Below, one piece after another: positions 24,661 to 37,889 of a DNA stretch of 64,000 bases (position 1 is its first letter; each line of letters opens with the position of its first letter). Source of the DNA: Eledone cirrhosa (Eukaryota). Location: the NCBI GenBank assembly GCA_964016885.1, contig OZ024741.1:309814001-309878000 (forward strand), written 5' to 3'. The position numbers and the translations under genes are program-made. Under the pieces are notes generated by a model. It did no database searches. It was not told the origin of the DNA and saw only the letters and a list, made by a program, of their open reading frames with translations.

Positions 24661-26131
24661 TGCAACATGTAGATGGAAGTTGTGTTGGAATAGACCTGTT
24701 CAACCCATGCACGCATGGATAAATGAACATAAAATGGTGATGATGATAAACATTCCCTATTCTTTCATAGATTAAATGAAGGAAGAAGAAAAAATAATAA
24801 TACATACAAAATCTTGGAAACCAAATTGTCAAATGTATAAGATATTGAATTGGCAACTTGTAGATGTTGGATGAATCTAAAATCAACAAATATTTTATTG
24901 TATACTGAGTTGAACATGTTTTAGTCTACTTAGCTGTTTGGGTACAACACCAGATTATCTGCAATGAACTGGCATTTAGAAGGTGATTTATTGTTCATCT
25001 ACAAATTGTCATATAATACTAATTCCTAAATTACCCTGAGCTTAACAGTCATTTCATTATCGTCATCATCATTTAATGTCTGTTTTCTCTGCTAGCACAG
25101 ATATTCTATATTTTTAGAGAAAATACCTGAGTAAAATGAATTCCACATTATTCTGTAACAGCCAACACTAGTATTGTCATCATCATCCTAATCAGGTTTT
25201 GCAACCAATTTTTGTACTGACCTAGTTTAGTCTGAAAGACAATAGTGTATCACAGGTTACTAGTCTTGTTTAGTCTGTAAAACAATAGCTTATCACAGGG
25301 TACTGGCCTGGTTTAGTCTGTAAACAATAGATTATCATAGGGCTCACTATTGTATAGTCTTCTTCTCTGGGGTAATGCAATAAATGCTTATGGTTCTGCA
25401 CCTCGGGAAGTGTGACAACCTTTCATTGATTGATTTGTGCTGGTACTGTTAGCCACTACATACACACATACAAGACACTACTAAGCTAAATTTTGTTCAT
25501 TTTTATCTGCTCTATAATGTCCAGTGTTGTCAATGTTTCTTCTCAGCTCTTCTTAGGAACTATCCTTACTATCACAGGAATCTACCAGTGCCATTTCTTA
25601 ACAGTTTCACCCAGTATGTTCACGTCTCCAGCATTTGGAACCAACTGCATTTTTTTTTTCAATACACATTTAAAAATCATAAATGTAATAAATACTAACT
25701 TTGAAATGTACAGTAGTTGTAAACATGCTGTGAAAACATGAAAAACACTTAGCATTTTGTGTGTGTATGTAGGCATGCAAGTGCATGGCTATATATAAGG
25801 GAACTTGTGAGCACAATTGGTAGATGGAAACTATGCAGAAGCCTGTCATATATGTATGAGTGTGTCTTTATGCTTGTCTTCATATTAATACCATGAAAAA
25901 AAGAGTTGTTTGTTTATGTCCCATAACTTAGCAATTTGATGGGAGAATATCAGAGGAATAATTACTATAATTCAAAAATAATAGTGAGTATTAAGAAGGA
26001 TACCTGGTTGCAAAATACTGTCTTAAAAGGTTTTCATTCAAATCATGCCAGCTTGGAAAAGCAGACGTAAAAACAATGATGATGATGGCGGTGAAGATGA
26101 AGATGGTGGTGATGCTGACGCTGACGATGAT

Positions 26132-26179
<48 letters not shown>

Positions 26180-26253
26180 AGCAATAATGAAAAGGGAGAG
26201 AAAAAAATAAGAAGTAGGAATTGAGACTGAGATGTAGCAAGAAATTCACTCAC

Positions 26254-27935
26254 CGACAAATAATACCCTGGTCATGTAAATATGACAGAGCGATCACAAC
26301 TTCTGCTGCCCATTGTTTGATGCAAGATTCTGGTAGTACAACTTCTGAAGACCAGTTTCTACTACTGTCAAATTCTTCAAACACTTTCCATACTTTACTT
26401 TTTGAAGGTGACTTCAAGTCGCACTCAAACGATGCAGACCGACATGGCTCCATAAATGACTGTCTAGGAATGCCTGTATATGACGTATTGTGTTTGTTGG
26501 ACTTTTGACTGGGACAACTGCAATCACTGGTAGCATCTGAGGTTGCAGTTTTTGGTGGGGTTGTTCTACTTTCTTTGGCATCTTTATGATTTAAAGCTCT
26601 GTTAGTTTCATCATGGCCTTCTAAACAGCCCGTCTTTGGATGAGAGTCTTTGGTTACAGAAGAAATTAAGGGGTTTAAACTTTGAGATTCACATAAATTC
26701 TCTTTTATGTCCTTCTTGACAACACTTATCAAAGATGACTTTCTTAAACTTTCTCCCTCACCAGCAGAAATTGTTCTTTCTCTAGAGTTAGATTTAAGGC
26801 TGCCTGACAGTGAATTCATCTTTGGAAGACTGCTAGAATACTTATGAAGGTCATAAATGCTGACCTCTTCTTCAGAGACATCATCAAGGCTGCCATTACA
26901 TTCACTGAACAACTCTTCACGTTGAACACTTCCAATATGGTCTGAAGTAGAGTTTATCACAGAAGGAGATTTATTATTTGCTACTTCCAGCTGTATGGAG
27001 GAATGTGATGTCTGACATTCCAAAGTTTTGTCGATAGACTTCAATAACTGGAGAGAATTCTTTGTAATGTCTTGGCAACTGGTATCACTACATTCACTAA
27101 TCTGCAGCTCTGATGTGCTCTCTCTAAAAACATCATTTAGACTGTCAGTGTCAGAATTGTTTGTGTCGTCTCGTTCAGCTTCATCTTCCATGATTACAGG
27201 ATTAATGTCAGAGAATCCACTACTGTGACGTTGCGATTTCCTATCACTGTCATTGCTTGTTATACTGAACTCGGCCAAGTGGTGCCGACTACTGGTCAGC
27301 AATTCCTGGAACTTCTCATCCCCACTGTTGTCAAGTTCTTTAAAAGACATTTCATCAGGAATTGAAGGAAAAGTTGTGGAGGTCGTTGAACTTTCAGATT
27401 CCAGTCCAGTTTCTGATATCGAGACAGCATCATTTGACAAAGCAGACAGGTCGGTGTAACTATTTTTCAGTGTATCAACGTCTGCCGAATCAGTGTTGTT
27501 GTTATTGTTGCTGTTCATGAATAAAGCTGCATATGATGTGGCACAATCATTTGTTTTATAATTTTGACCCTGTTGGTCATTGACATCATTTTCATTTGTA
27601 ACAGAGTTATCCAACTGTTTGGCTGGAAGCTCTTCTTTGTAACTGTAATTTGGTAACTGTTCATGGAATGTTAATGAATTGTGCATCTTACAACCCTTAT
27701 AGACATTACGGCCTCCTGCACTGCCAGAGCCACTGAAGCCAAGGAAATTTTCTTGGGAACCAAGTTGCAAATAACTGAGTATGTAAGTCCATAGTTTACC
27801 CCCAGAAGCATATTGTAGTAACAGATATATAGCATCTGCTCCTTCATAGAATTTATACAGTTGAACCATATATGGACAAGAACTAGGGAGAATGTTCTTC
27901 ACATTTAATCTCTCAACACCAGATTTGTGAATTGT
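26254..27935 (-). CDS. RPS6KC1: RPS6KC1 large exon: kinase N-lobe end, long Ser/acidic insert, then LPESCIKQWAAEVVIALSYLHDQGIICR
   Basis: 550-aa ORF in the track; ttctag acceptor at 27936 and gtgagt donor at 26253; 1682 nt, phase 0 to 2. Confidence 0.95.
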
Positions 27936-28320
27936 CTAGAAAACATTTAATAAGAAACAAACGTTAAAGATTTCAAGAAAATTTAACAGAACAGTTGTGA
28001 TAACCACTTAAAACACACATGTACTACTATATTTATATATGTCTTATTTTGTGATAGTATTATATACTTCAGTGAAGGCATGTAGCTTAGTAGTTGAGGT
28101 GTTCTGCTCATGATCATATGGTCGTGAGTTTGATTCTTGGCAACACATTATGTCCTTGAGCAAGACACTTTATTTCATGCAGCTTCAGTCCACTCAGCTG
28201 GGAAAATGAGTTGTATCTGTAATTCAAAGAGCTACCCAGGTATCATGTTGAATCTCCTTCAGAACTTGTGGAATGCTCAGCCACTTGCATGTTGATTTTA
28301 TGAGCCGGCTGTTCCATTAA

Positions 28321-28541
28321 CCCTTTAGCATTTAAACCGGCCATATCCATCCAGAATTCTCACATCTCTTTTTGTTCAAATTGGTTGTAACCAGCCACTC
28401 AAACTGATGTTAAGGTATTGTTTTCAAAATAAATAACATTAAAATCTCATAGATTCGATATTATGTGAGATAATTATGTAAGATAAAGCCTTTACTACAA
28501 AAATAGAATAGTATATATAGAGTAATGTAAATGCTAAAGGG
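28321..28541. mobile_element. piggyBac-like MITE nested in a SINE
   Basis: TTAA|CCCTTTAGCATTTA...TAAATGCTAAAGGG; the host SINE resumes on the other side. Confidence 0.85.
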
Positions 28542-29441
28542 TAAATCATATTAACTGGAAAACTCATTGTCAGAAGCAACATGTGTCTTATTCTGTGATG
28601 ATATTGTATACTATTATAAAGTGATAAATCATTTACTAAACCAATACAACTTCAACTGAAAATGTGACATGGCCGAATGGTTCAGACATTTGCTTCACAA
28701 TCATAAGGTTCAAAATTCAATCCCACTGCATGGTTTCTCAAGTAAGCAACTTTTTGAAAAGTCTTAGGTTGATCTAATTCTTGTGAGTGAAATTGGGTGA
28801 ACAAAAACTGTTTGGAAACCTTTTAGATGAACTGTACCTGTAATTCAGAGGGCCAGCCTTGTCACAATTGTGACATTTTGAATCTCCCTGAGAATTACGT
28901 TAAAGGTACACATATGTGTAGACTCTTCAGCTACTTACACATTTTGTGAAGGTGTGTGCAGTTTACTCAGGATTGTAAGGTTGTAAATTCAATTCCCAGT
29001 AGCACGTTGTGTCCTTCAGCAAGACACTTTATTTCATGTTGCTCCAGTCCACTCAGCTAGCAAAACTAAAGTGTATCTATAATTCAAAGGACCAGCCTTG
29101 TTGCACATTGTGGCATGCTGAATTTTCATGGGAACTACGTTAAGAGTACAGATGTCTGTGGAATGCCCAGCCACTTGTATGTTAATTTCAGGAGCAGGCT
29201 GTTTCATTGGTCGAACAAATAGAGATCTTGTTGTCAGAACTGACAGAGGACTAATGCAACAGCCACAGTATTTTATTGATTAGTCTGTTTTATTGATAAA
29301 AAAACTGAAACATCCATTATTGAAAGTGATGAAGATCCATATATACAACTCTAAACTATTTTAAAAGACATTTCAATAAAAGACATTATATAGCATAGAG
29401 AGTAATGTAATTTTATTTGGAGTAAACAGGAGATAACTTAC

Positions 29442-29594
29442 TTTTATGATGTACGTTTCATTGGAACCTTTCTCCAGCACCAGTAACACCTTATCTATTG
29501 TGCTAAGTACTTTATAGTTACGCAGTTCAGATATAGGAGCCCTGAGGAATGCCAAAGTGGGGTCCAGTTCCATTGGTGGAGACAATGAATCCAA
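29442..29594 (-). CDS. RPS6KC1: RPS6KC1 exon (LDSLSPPMELDPTLAFLRAPISELRNYKVLSTIDKVLLVLEKGSNETYIIK)
   Basis: EL..YKVL..IDKVLLV start of the RPS6KC1 kinase domain; 153 nt, canonical sites. Confidence 0.94.
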
Positions 29595-30499
29595 CTGAAA
29601 TAAAGGAAATTGTTGGTGACAGCATCTGGTGTGTGTAAATATATTGGTGATAGTATATGGAGTGTGTGAACATGTGTGTAAATATATTAGTAGCAGTATA
29701 TATTGAAAGTGAATGTATTTGATGACAGAATATAGTGTGTGTGTGTGTGTGTGTGTGTGGATTTGTTGGTGATAGTATATATTGAAATATATGCCAGCCT
29801 CCCATGCATATCTGTTGTTAAACGTAAAAGGAGAGTAAGATTTGCTGGCCACTGCCATCGTGCCACCTATGAAGCTGTGTCCCCATTAGTGATTTGGAAA
29901 CCATAAGCAGTCACTAATAACAGGGAGTGCAGGCTCTCCTATCCTGATATCATCTCCAGAGATTCTGGACTTGGTAACAGCAATGAACGACAGACCCACG
30001 TACAGATCAATTGTTGAGTCAATTTTGGCTGAGGCCACCGGTTGATGATATATTGAGAGTGAATCTACTGATAACAGTATATGGTGTGTCATCATCCTCA
30101 TCCTCACTATTTAATGTCCATCTTCCATGCTTGTATAAGTTAGACTAGTTGTCATATGAGGCCAGCCAGATCAGGTGACTAAACTTTGCTTCGTCTGTGT
30201 GTGTGCGTAAATATATTTGTGACTATATATTGAGAGTGAATGTGTATGTGTGTGTGTGTGTGTGTGTGTGTATGTCTGTGTAAACATTGGTGAGAGTATA
30301 TATTGAAACTGAATGTATTGGGGACAGCAAATTGTGTGTGTGTATATGCATGCAAATATATTGGTGACAGTATGTATTAATAGTGAATATATTGTTAACA
30401 GTATATGGAGTGTGTGTGTAAATATATTGGTGACAGTATGTTTATGTGAATGTAGTCATATTTTATTTCTTAATTTAATACAATGGGTTTACTGTATAA

Positions 30500-31107
30500 T
30501 CATACACACACTTACACCTCTCCAAGACAATGTCACTGGACCGAGATCTTTGGCGCTACACAGTTATACAGAAGACCCGCCTTGCCTAAGTACAAAGCGA
30601 AACCTACAGTCAGTAGGCACCTCTAACAAAATACACTCTTGTCCCACTACCTCCACCCTATCCACACCACTCCCTTAAATGTGAAGTTATGTTGGTACCA
30701 CAACATCCAGTCCGAAACAAATGAGGTCGTGTAGGTGTCACAACAAAAAAACACAGTCCACGCTGTAATGTGGCCGTGTAGGTAACACGGTAAAAACCTC
30801 CCAGTACACACTGTAAACGTGGTTGGTGTTGGGAAGGGCACTCAGCCGTAGAAAACCCGCCAGACGTGTAGGTGTCACGATAATAAAACACACAGTCCAC
30901 GCTGTAATGTGGCCGTGTAGGTAACACGGTAAAAACCTTCCAGTTCACACTGTAAACGTGGTTGGTGTTAGGAAGGGCATCCAGCCATAGAAAACCCGCC
31001 AAACAGTCCTGAGCAAGACAACCAATCTTGCCTCAAGTGGGACAATTCCCGTCCAGACCCATGCTAGTGTGGAAAATGGACGTTAAACGATGATGATGAT
31101 GATGATG
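30500..31107 (+). mobile_element. (GAT)n/(CAT)n-tailed retroposon-like repeat with internal tandem units (other copies ~1020-1317, 7840-8010 minus, 15200-15500, 16185-16355, 20500-21035, 37090-37250, 41490-41740, 52140-52360 minus, 55860-56115, 59490-59830 minus)
   Basis: Shared ggttggtgttaggaagggcatccagccatagaaaac...cccatgctagcatggaaaatggacgttaaacgatgatgat 3' end. Confidence 0.85.
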
Positions 31108-31149
31108 ACATCATCATCATTTAACATCTATATTCCATGTGTGTATGTG

Positions 31150-31181
<32 letters not shown>

Positions 31182-31273
31182 GTGAAGACATGTGGCTTAG
31201 TGGTTAAGGTACTGGGTTAATGATTGTAAAGACGTATTTCATTCCAAGTAGCAAAATAAAAAAAAATACTTAC

Positions 31274-31395
31274 AGCCCATCGCCTCTCATCATTTACATC
31301 TTTAGCTAAATGCCGATTGTACAGATCTTCAGCTTTCATTAGGTATTGGGCTGTCTTCCGACGGACAGCTTCTCGGCGGGTTTTATTGGAATCTC
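31274..31395 (-). CDS. RPS6KC1: RPS6KC1 exon, MIT domain C-half (GDSNKTRREAVRRKTAQYLMKAEDLYNRHLAKDVNDERRWA)
   Basis: MIT motif RREAVRRKTAQYL.KAE; phase 1 to 0. Confidence 0.94.
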
Positions 31396-31672
31396 CTGGA
31401 GAAGCAAATGGAAGGAAAGAAATATTTAGTAAGAGACACAATATACTAAAGTTCTTAAATTGAGTTAAGTTTCCATGAGAAGACAATCATATAAACACCA
31501 ATACTTATTTTTTCATACTTAGTCTACCACTATTTGTTAAACCACTAAGTTACTTGAAATAAACAAACAGTCCATCTGAATACAGATATGGACTCACACA
31601 TATCAGTTTCCACCTACTAAATTTCACTTATAAGCGATAAGACAGTTGAGAGATGAAAATAGCTGATCTTAC

Positions 31673-32547
31673 CTTGCACACCTTGAAGTAAAATCCCAAC
31701 ACCATTTCTATAAAAGGCAAAAGACATTTCATAGTTTCCACTTGCTTCACATTCTTGAGCCTGACATATCTGATTGGCTGCAACATAGATATAATCCTCC
31801 TTGCCACCCACTTTCAGAGACATGTCATTTGAATGTGTGACTGCACTGAGCTGTTGTTGAAGCTGACTCAGGTTCGATGGAAGTTTCAATGAGTTTGAGG
31901 AAGGCAGTGTTGGCATTTTTCTCTTGGTAGAATTCAGATCGGAGCCAAGCGATAGGCTGAGAGCGACATCAAAGTCACCCTTGCCACATCGCACTTTAGC
32001 ATTACAGTTGCTCCCTGTTCCAAGCGGATCAAAGTCTGAAATGTCAACATTGGCGTTGTTCTTGCCATTTCTTGTTTTTTGGGGGCTTGCAGCAGCAGCA
32101 GTAGCAGCAGCAGCATTTGCAAGGGCTTTCGATGGTTCCAACGGACTGCAGGTTAATGCAGGAATCTCGTCGGGTTGTGTGTCGAGGATTTTGGAATGGT
32201 CCTCATTGAACGTTGATGTCTCTTGGTGGTTATGTTTTGTGGAAGGCGTCGACGTATTCTTGGAGCTAGTTGAGTCTATGTCAGCACATGTTGACAATGC
32301 AGATAACAACCAACTATTGCTGGTTTGTAACTTATCAGCATCATGTGTATTGGAAGTCTGTAGTGGGTCAAAAAAAGAAATATCGGCGTCAGGCAAAGTT
32401 GTGCCAAGCACAGCAGCAACATCGCCATCAAACTCTTCCAATTCTTCATCCTCCATTGAATTAATGCTGATGTTATCTGGATCTTTTGGATAACTCCATA
32501 CGCCATTACAAAGTCCAGTAGCACTGTTCGATTCCTTCAGTGCAACA
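31673..32547 (-). CDS. RPS6KC1: RPS6KC1 exon, low-complexity linker plus MIT domain N-half (DYIYVAANQICQAQECEASGNYEMSFAFYRNGVGILLQGVQ)
   Basis: 320-aa ORF in the track; cccag acceptor and gtaaga donor; 875 nt, phase 2 to 1. Confidence 0.92.
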
Positions 32548-33052
32548 CTGGGGATGGAAAAAGAAAAAAAAACATTCAATTCATAAACATGATTTTCTTT
32601 ATTCCCGTTCTTTTTAAAACTATCAACCTGTAATGCTTTAGCAGAAAATATTTTTAAATGGGTTAATTCAAATGTTCATAATGTCTTTTCTAAATGAGAG
32701 AGAGCATTGTGAAAATTTGAAGCATTAGAGAAAAAACCTTAATTTTTAATGTAATGCTGTTGTAGTGCTGTTTTGTGGTGTCTGAAGTTAAGATTTAAAC
32801 AACATGATAAGATGGAGAACATTCCTAATCTAAGATAACAGTATTTATATCATTATTGATGGAAAACATAGCATTAACCATTTTATTATTATATTTCTAA
32901 TGGAAAACATTGCTTATGAAAATGATGAAGAATTTGAAGAGATTTAGAAAATAACTAGCTTTCCCATTATTAAGCTGTTATTTGAAACATAACTTAAAGG
33001 TTCTTACATAAAACTGTGGTGGGAGATTTCAAGATAAATACAAACACTTTAA

Positions 33053-33265
33053 CCCTTTAGCATTTAAATCAGCCATATCCGGGCAGAATTCTCTTACCTC
33101 TTTCTGTTCAAACATACCACATACAACATGGCCAATCATGCCAACGTTAAGGTATTGTTCTCAAAATAAATAATATCAAAATCTCATGGATTCGATATTA
33201 TGTGAGATAAAGCCTTTACCATGAAAATAAAAGAGTAAATATAGAGTAATGTAAATGCTAAAGGG
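33053..33265. mobile_element. piggyBac-like MITE
   Basis: TTAA on both sides; 14-bp TIR CCCTTTAGCATTTA. Confidence 0.88.
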
Positions 33266-33864
33266 TTAAAACACATTTTTGTATTGTAGAACCTGTGATG
33301 GTTGCAGGCTGTTTGTTATCAAAAGGGTTAAACAGTAGAAATCTAAAAAAGATTTAATAAAAAAAGGCAAAATATATGTAAAGAATCTGAAATTGAATGT
33401 TAAGAATCTATATTTATTTAGTGGCTTAGTGGTTAGAGTGTTGAACACATGATCATAATGTCATGGGTTTGATTCCTGTATCAGGTGGTATGTTGTGTTC
33501 TAGAGCAAAATACTTTATTTCACATTGATCCTTCTGCCAGGAGTTTCAACTGGCAAATAGTATCAGTAATGGAAAGATCAACAGAAACATTGTTTCATCA
33601 TCATCATCCCCACCATTTAATGTCTATTTTACATGTTTACATTGGATAGACAGGCTAACATATACTGAGGCTAGACTGGTCAGGTGACTATGTCTTGCTC
33701 ATACACTCCATTTTAATGGCCTGATGCCCTTCCTAAAACAACCACTTTACCGCATGTAGTGGGAGAATATTATTGTGACTTTCCTTGGTTCAATCTGAAC
33801 CATATATTACATTTAAAATAGAAAGAAACATATTCAGAAATCAATAATATATCATAATAATTAC

Positions 33865-33982
33865 TTAGTGGGTTCATCGTTGGTATTTTGTATTGGCTGG
33901 CTGTCACTGGGGAGAATGGAAGGAATTAGGTCAGAAGATTTGTTTGATTCAGATGTTGGTAGGTCAACAGATAGTTCAGAAT
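33865..33982 (-). CDS. RPS6KC1: RPS6KC1 probable linker exon (DSELSVDLPTSESNKSSDLIPSILPSDSQPIQNTNDEPT)
   Basis: Coding-like composition; the phase-2 donor gtaatt is required by the next exon; acceptor position uncertain. Confidence 0.65.
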
Positions 33983-34144
33983 CTGACTCAAAACTTGATG
34001 TTTCAGTAGTGATTAATAATTTTATTGGATTTTATGGTCACAGCTTGGTTCTGGCAATCATTCAATTCATTTATGTAATATTCATTATTCTAGCCAAAAA
34101 AATAAAAAACAAACAGAACTCATATATCATTTGACATCCTCTTT

Positions 34145-34193
<49 letters not shown>

Positions 34194-34228
34194 TGTAATA
34201 AACAATATAAGATAATTAATTCATTTAC

Positions 34229-34262
34229 CAGTGGTTTCTTGAAGACAGATATTTACATCTGT
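34229..34262 (-). CDS. RPS6KC1: RPS6KC1 probable 34-nt microexon (TDVNICLQETT)
   Basis: AAG acceptor after a pyrimidine tract, G|GTAAAT donor; phase 0 to 1 bridges the flanking exons exactly. Confidence 0.5.
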
Positions 34263-35588
34263 CTTCAGTCGTCAGAAAGAATAAAATGGAATGTTTATTA
34301 AATATGGATTTGAAAACAAAATTTAGGAAATATGAAAGTGAGGATGAAATCAAATAAGGGGCAAAAAAAAAAAAAAAAAAAATCCAGAACATAAACACAC
34401 ACACACTCAAACATACGCTTATACTTAATAGTACGTAAACGTATACTTTCTCACATAAGTGTATGTACATCTACATGGAAATATGAACACACATATAAAC
34501 GTGTGATCTTTTGCTCACATATGCGCACACTCACACATGTGCTCAATAATAACGTAAAATCTATATATACACAGATATACACAAATATATATATATATAT
34601 ATACATATACACAAATATATATATATATATACGCACCCATATATATACACACACATACAAAAGTCTCTATACATACATGCACGTATATATACATACACAC
34701 ATATATATAGATATATATGGTGGCTGCCAACTCATTTTCGAGTACGGCCACTACTTTATATCCATGTAGGAGAACCCCTACCGATGCACTGAACAAGTGT
34801 GACTTTTTAGTCCAGGCAGCGACTTGAAAACTCTGGTACAAACACTACACTTGTGACAATTATTGACACATAGTGCTGGGCCCTTGGTACCATGTGACGA
34901 CAAGTGCAGAGAGATCTCCAGATATAAAGCAATGCCTGTGCCGTGAAGCTTTTATAGTGAGCAAAGGCACTGCACAAAGCCAGTCCCACTCTCTTAACCA
35001 AGATGATATTTACCAAAAAGAAGAACAAGTCAACATCATTGGATACCATCAGGGTTGCAGGTGTTATATCAGAGTTTTCCTTCTCTTAGAATTCTGCCTT
35101 GACAAAGGCTAAGGGGTCACCTCTCCCGGTGATTTTGGATGGCCATTGACTCTTAAGAGCCCCTTTGCCTTTTGACAAGGTTTAGGGTGGTGGTTAGGAC
35201 GGAACAGGAGGAGAAAGAAAGAAAGGAGTTTCCATCGTCAGCTGCATATGTTTCCCGAACCGATGTTTTGGTGCTGAATTACAGGACATTGGTGTATTTC
35301 GGGTGCGCCCGAGGCCTTTTATTAATCAAAAGGCCAGGTGGAAAAGGAGAGAGAAAGAGAAAAAAAAGGGGAGAAAAAGGTGAGAGAAAAGGAAAGAGAG
35401 GGAAATATATACACATATATATACATATATATACATATAATATATATAGAGAGAAACACATACACATATATACACGAGTAAACACGTGAAAGACAAAAGT
35501 ATATGTATACATACAATATGTACACATATAGAAAGGAAATCCTTATAATTATATACCCCTACACGCATATATACACATATATACAATA

Positions 35589-35619
<31 letters not shown>

Positions 35620-35770
35620 TACGCATATATATATATATATATATATGTAAATGCGTTCACACGTAAACATAAGTACATAACACATGTACATGCGCGCGCG
35701 CACTCACACACAATAATATATCAACACACGCATACATATATACATAAATCCATACACACACACACACATA

Positions 35771-36646
35771 CAGAGTGAGGACGATATTTGTTCGCAATTT
35801 TCAACTGCTAATTTTATGCAAATTTTTTTTACTTCTGTTGTCACTCTTGTCTTCATAAAAACAGTGACTATATTTCCATTATTTATTTTCGGAATAATTG
35901 ATTATGAATAATTTTGAACCTCCAAATTTGTGGAAGAAACACGGAGTTCTTCTTGGAATCCGCGCCGGGAGGACAAATAAGGAAATTTCAGACTTTCTCA
36001 GCGTCAGCAGGAGAATGGTGTCTCATCCAAAGACGTGCCCAGAGTCATGTAGACAAAGTTTCCAGCGACAACATTGGTCTTAGGTGTCGTCAGCAGTCAA
36101 GGTGATGTCATGCCAACTCACTTCTTCCCTGAGGGCCTCAAGCTGAACACCGATGGCTACATCCGCGTTCTGAGCGAGGTAGTAAAGCCCTGGATCGACC
36201 AGGTAACTGCAGGTAGGCCGTACATGTGGCAGCAAGACTCAGCGCCCTGCCATACCAGCCAAAAGACCCAAGCCTGGCTGTTAGAGAACTTCGTCAACCA
36301 CATTTCACCTACATCTGGCCTCCCAGCTCGCCTGACTGCAATCCCCTCTACTTCTTTGTGTGTGGCGCAGTGGAACGAGATACCAACAGATCTAGCTGCA
36401 ATATGAAAGACGATCTGAAGGCCAGGATCACAAGGGCCTAAGTTGGGGGACAGTGACGAAGGCCTGTAGCCGGTTCAGAGGCTGCCTTGAAGCCGTCATC
36501 AAAGCCAATGGCGGGTTTATCGAGTGAGATCGAAAGAACAAGTCATGAAGACAAACTGACCCAAGTTTGATAAATATATCTTAAAAAATAAAACTGTTAT
36601 TTTTTCCTAGACAGTAATCTTGCGAACAAATATCGTCCGCACTCTG
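35771..36646 (+). mobile_element. Internally deleted Tc1/mariner transposon, DD37D (maT) type
   Basis: 27-bp TIRs cagagtg(a/c)ggacgatatttgttcgcaa with TA TSDs. Transposase remnants MVLGVVS, WQQDSAPCH and WPPSSPDCNPL, with 37 residues between the second D and the mutated third D position. Confidence 0.92.
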
Positions 36647-36757
36647 TATATATATCATCATCATATATATATCATTGTATATATATATATATATATATAC
36701 AAATATATACATATACACACACACACACAAACATGCATGCATACATACATACACGTG

Positions 36758-36791
<34 letters not shown>

Positions 36792-37267
36792 AACATATAG
36801 ACAGACAAACTATATATACACACACACACACTTGCAGGTAGGACTATATAAAGGGGGTACCAAAAAATGAAAAGATATACTCACTGATCCACGCACGAAA
36901 AAATTAAAATTATAGATAAATAAATAATTGTTTTTACTTTTGGCACAAGGCCAGCAATTACCCAGTATATTACTGTCATAATATTATATAAATACACATG
37001 CATACATAAATATATACACACACATATATATATACATACATAAGATATACACACATACACACACACATATACATGTATAAATACACATAGTAAATGTGGT
37101 TGGTGTTAGGAAGGGCATCCAGCCATAGAAAACCTGCCAGATAGTCCTATACGAGCAAGACATGGTCATCAGACCAATCTTGCCTCAAATGGGACAATTC
37201 CCATCTAACCCATACTAGTATGGAAGATAGACGTTAAATGATGATGATGGTAATATATATATATTTA

Positions 37268-37650
37268 GGGATTGTAACTTCCAGTTACTGTGGGTTCACC
37301 AGAGTAAGCATTCGATGTATAGTTTCCAGTAGGTATATTGGTATTGTACTAAGCAGAGTGTAATACTAATAATAGTAAAAAAGGATGAAGTGTTAGGTCT
37401 TCATTACATTTATTGAGGTGTGACGCGTGTTCCGTGATTGATCAGCTCAAGGTCTGATCTGTATCAATCTGGCCTGACTCTGGAATCAAATGCTCGTCGA
37501 ACTTCTGTTATGATAACAGAAGTTTGAGCTTTTGATTCCAGAATCAGGCCAGATTGATACAGATCAGATCTTGAGCTGATCAATCACGAAACACGCGTCA
37601 CACCTCAATAAATGTAATGAAGACCTAACGCTTCATCCTTTTTATTATTA
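37268..37650. repeat. Palindromic element (hairpin ~37370-37650), family shared with 49152-49432
   Basis: ~135-bp inverted arms centred on acttctgttat-g-ataacagaagt; leader gggattgtaac.tcca.ttactgt.ggttcaccaga is shared. Confidence 0.88.
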
Positions 37651-37773
37651 ATATAAGCGGACGTAAAATGATGATGATGATATATATATATATCCTGATC
37701 AGATGATGCTGTGAAAACACCTACAAACAAGTTTTAAAATATATAGAATTTTAAAAAGAAAATATAATAATAC

Positions 37774-37889
37774 TTCTAAAAACTGCTGGAATGTTTTCGT
37801 TCTGTATAAGTGTGACTGACTTCCTATAAAGTTCAATAACTCTAGTGCACTTTTCCGCCTTTCTTCAATCACAGATTCAGTAAATCTTC
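37774..37889 (-). CDS. RPS6KC1: RPS6KC1 exon, PX domain C-terminus (GRFTESVIEERRKSALELLNFIGSQSHLYRTKTFQQFLE)
   Basis: PX motif GRF..SVIEERR; ttctag acceptor, gtatta donor. Confidence 0.93.

Noticed and set aside
31924-32493. 189-aa plus-strand ORF (also 27028, 27253 and 33868)
   Set aside because: Antisense shadows of RPS6KC1 exons.
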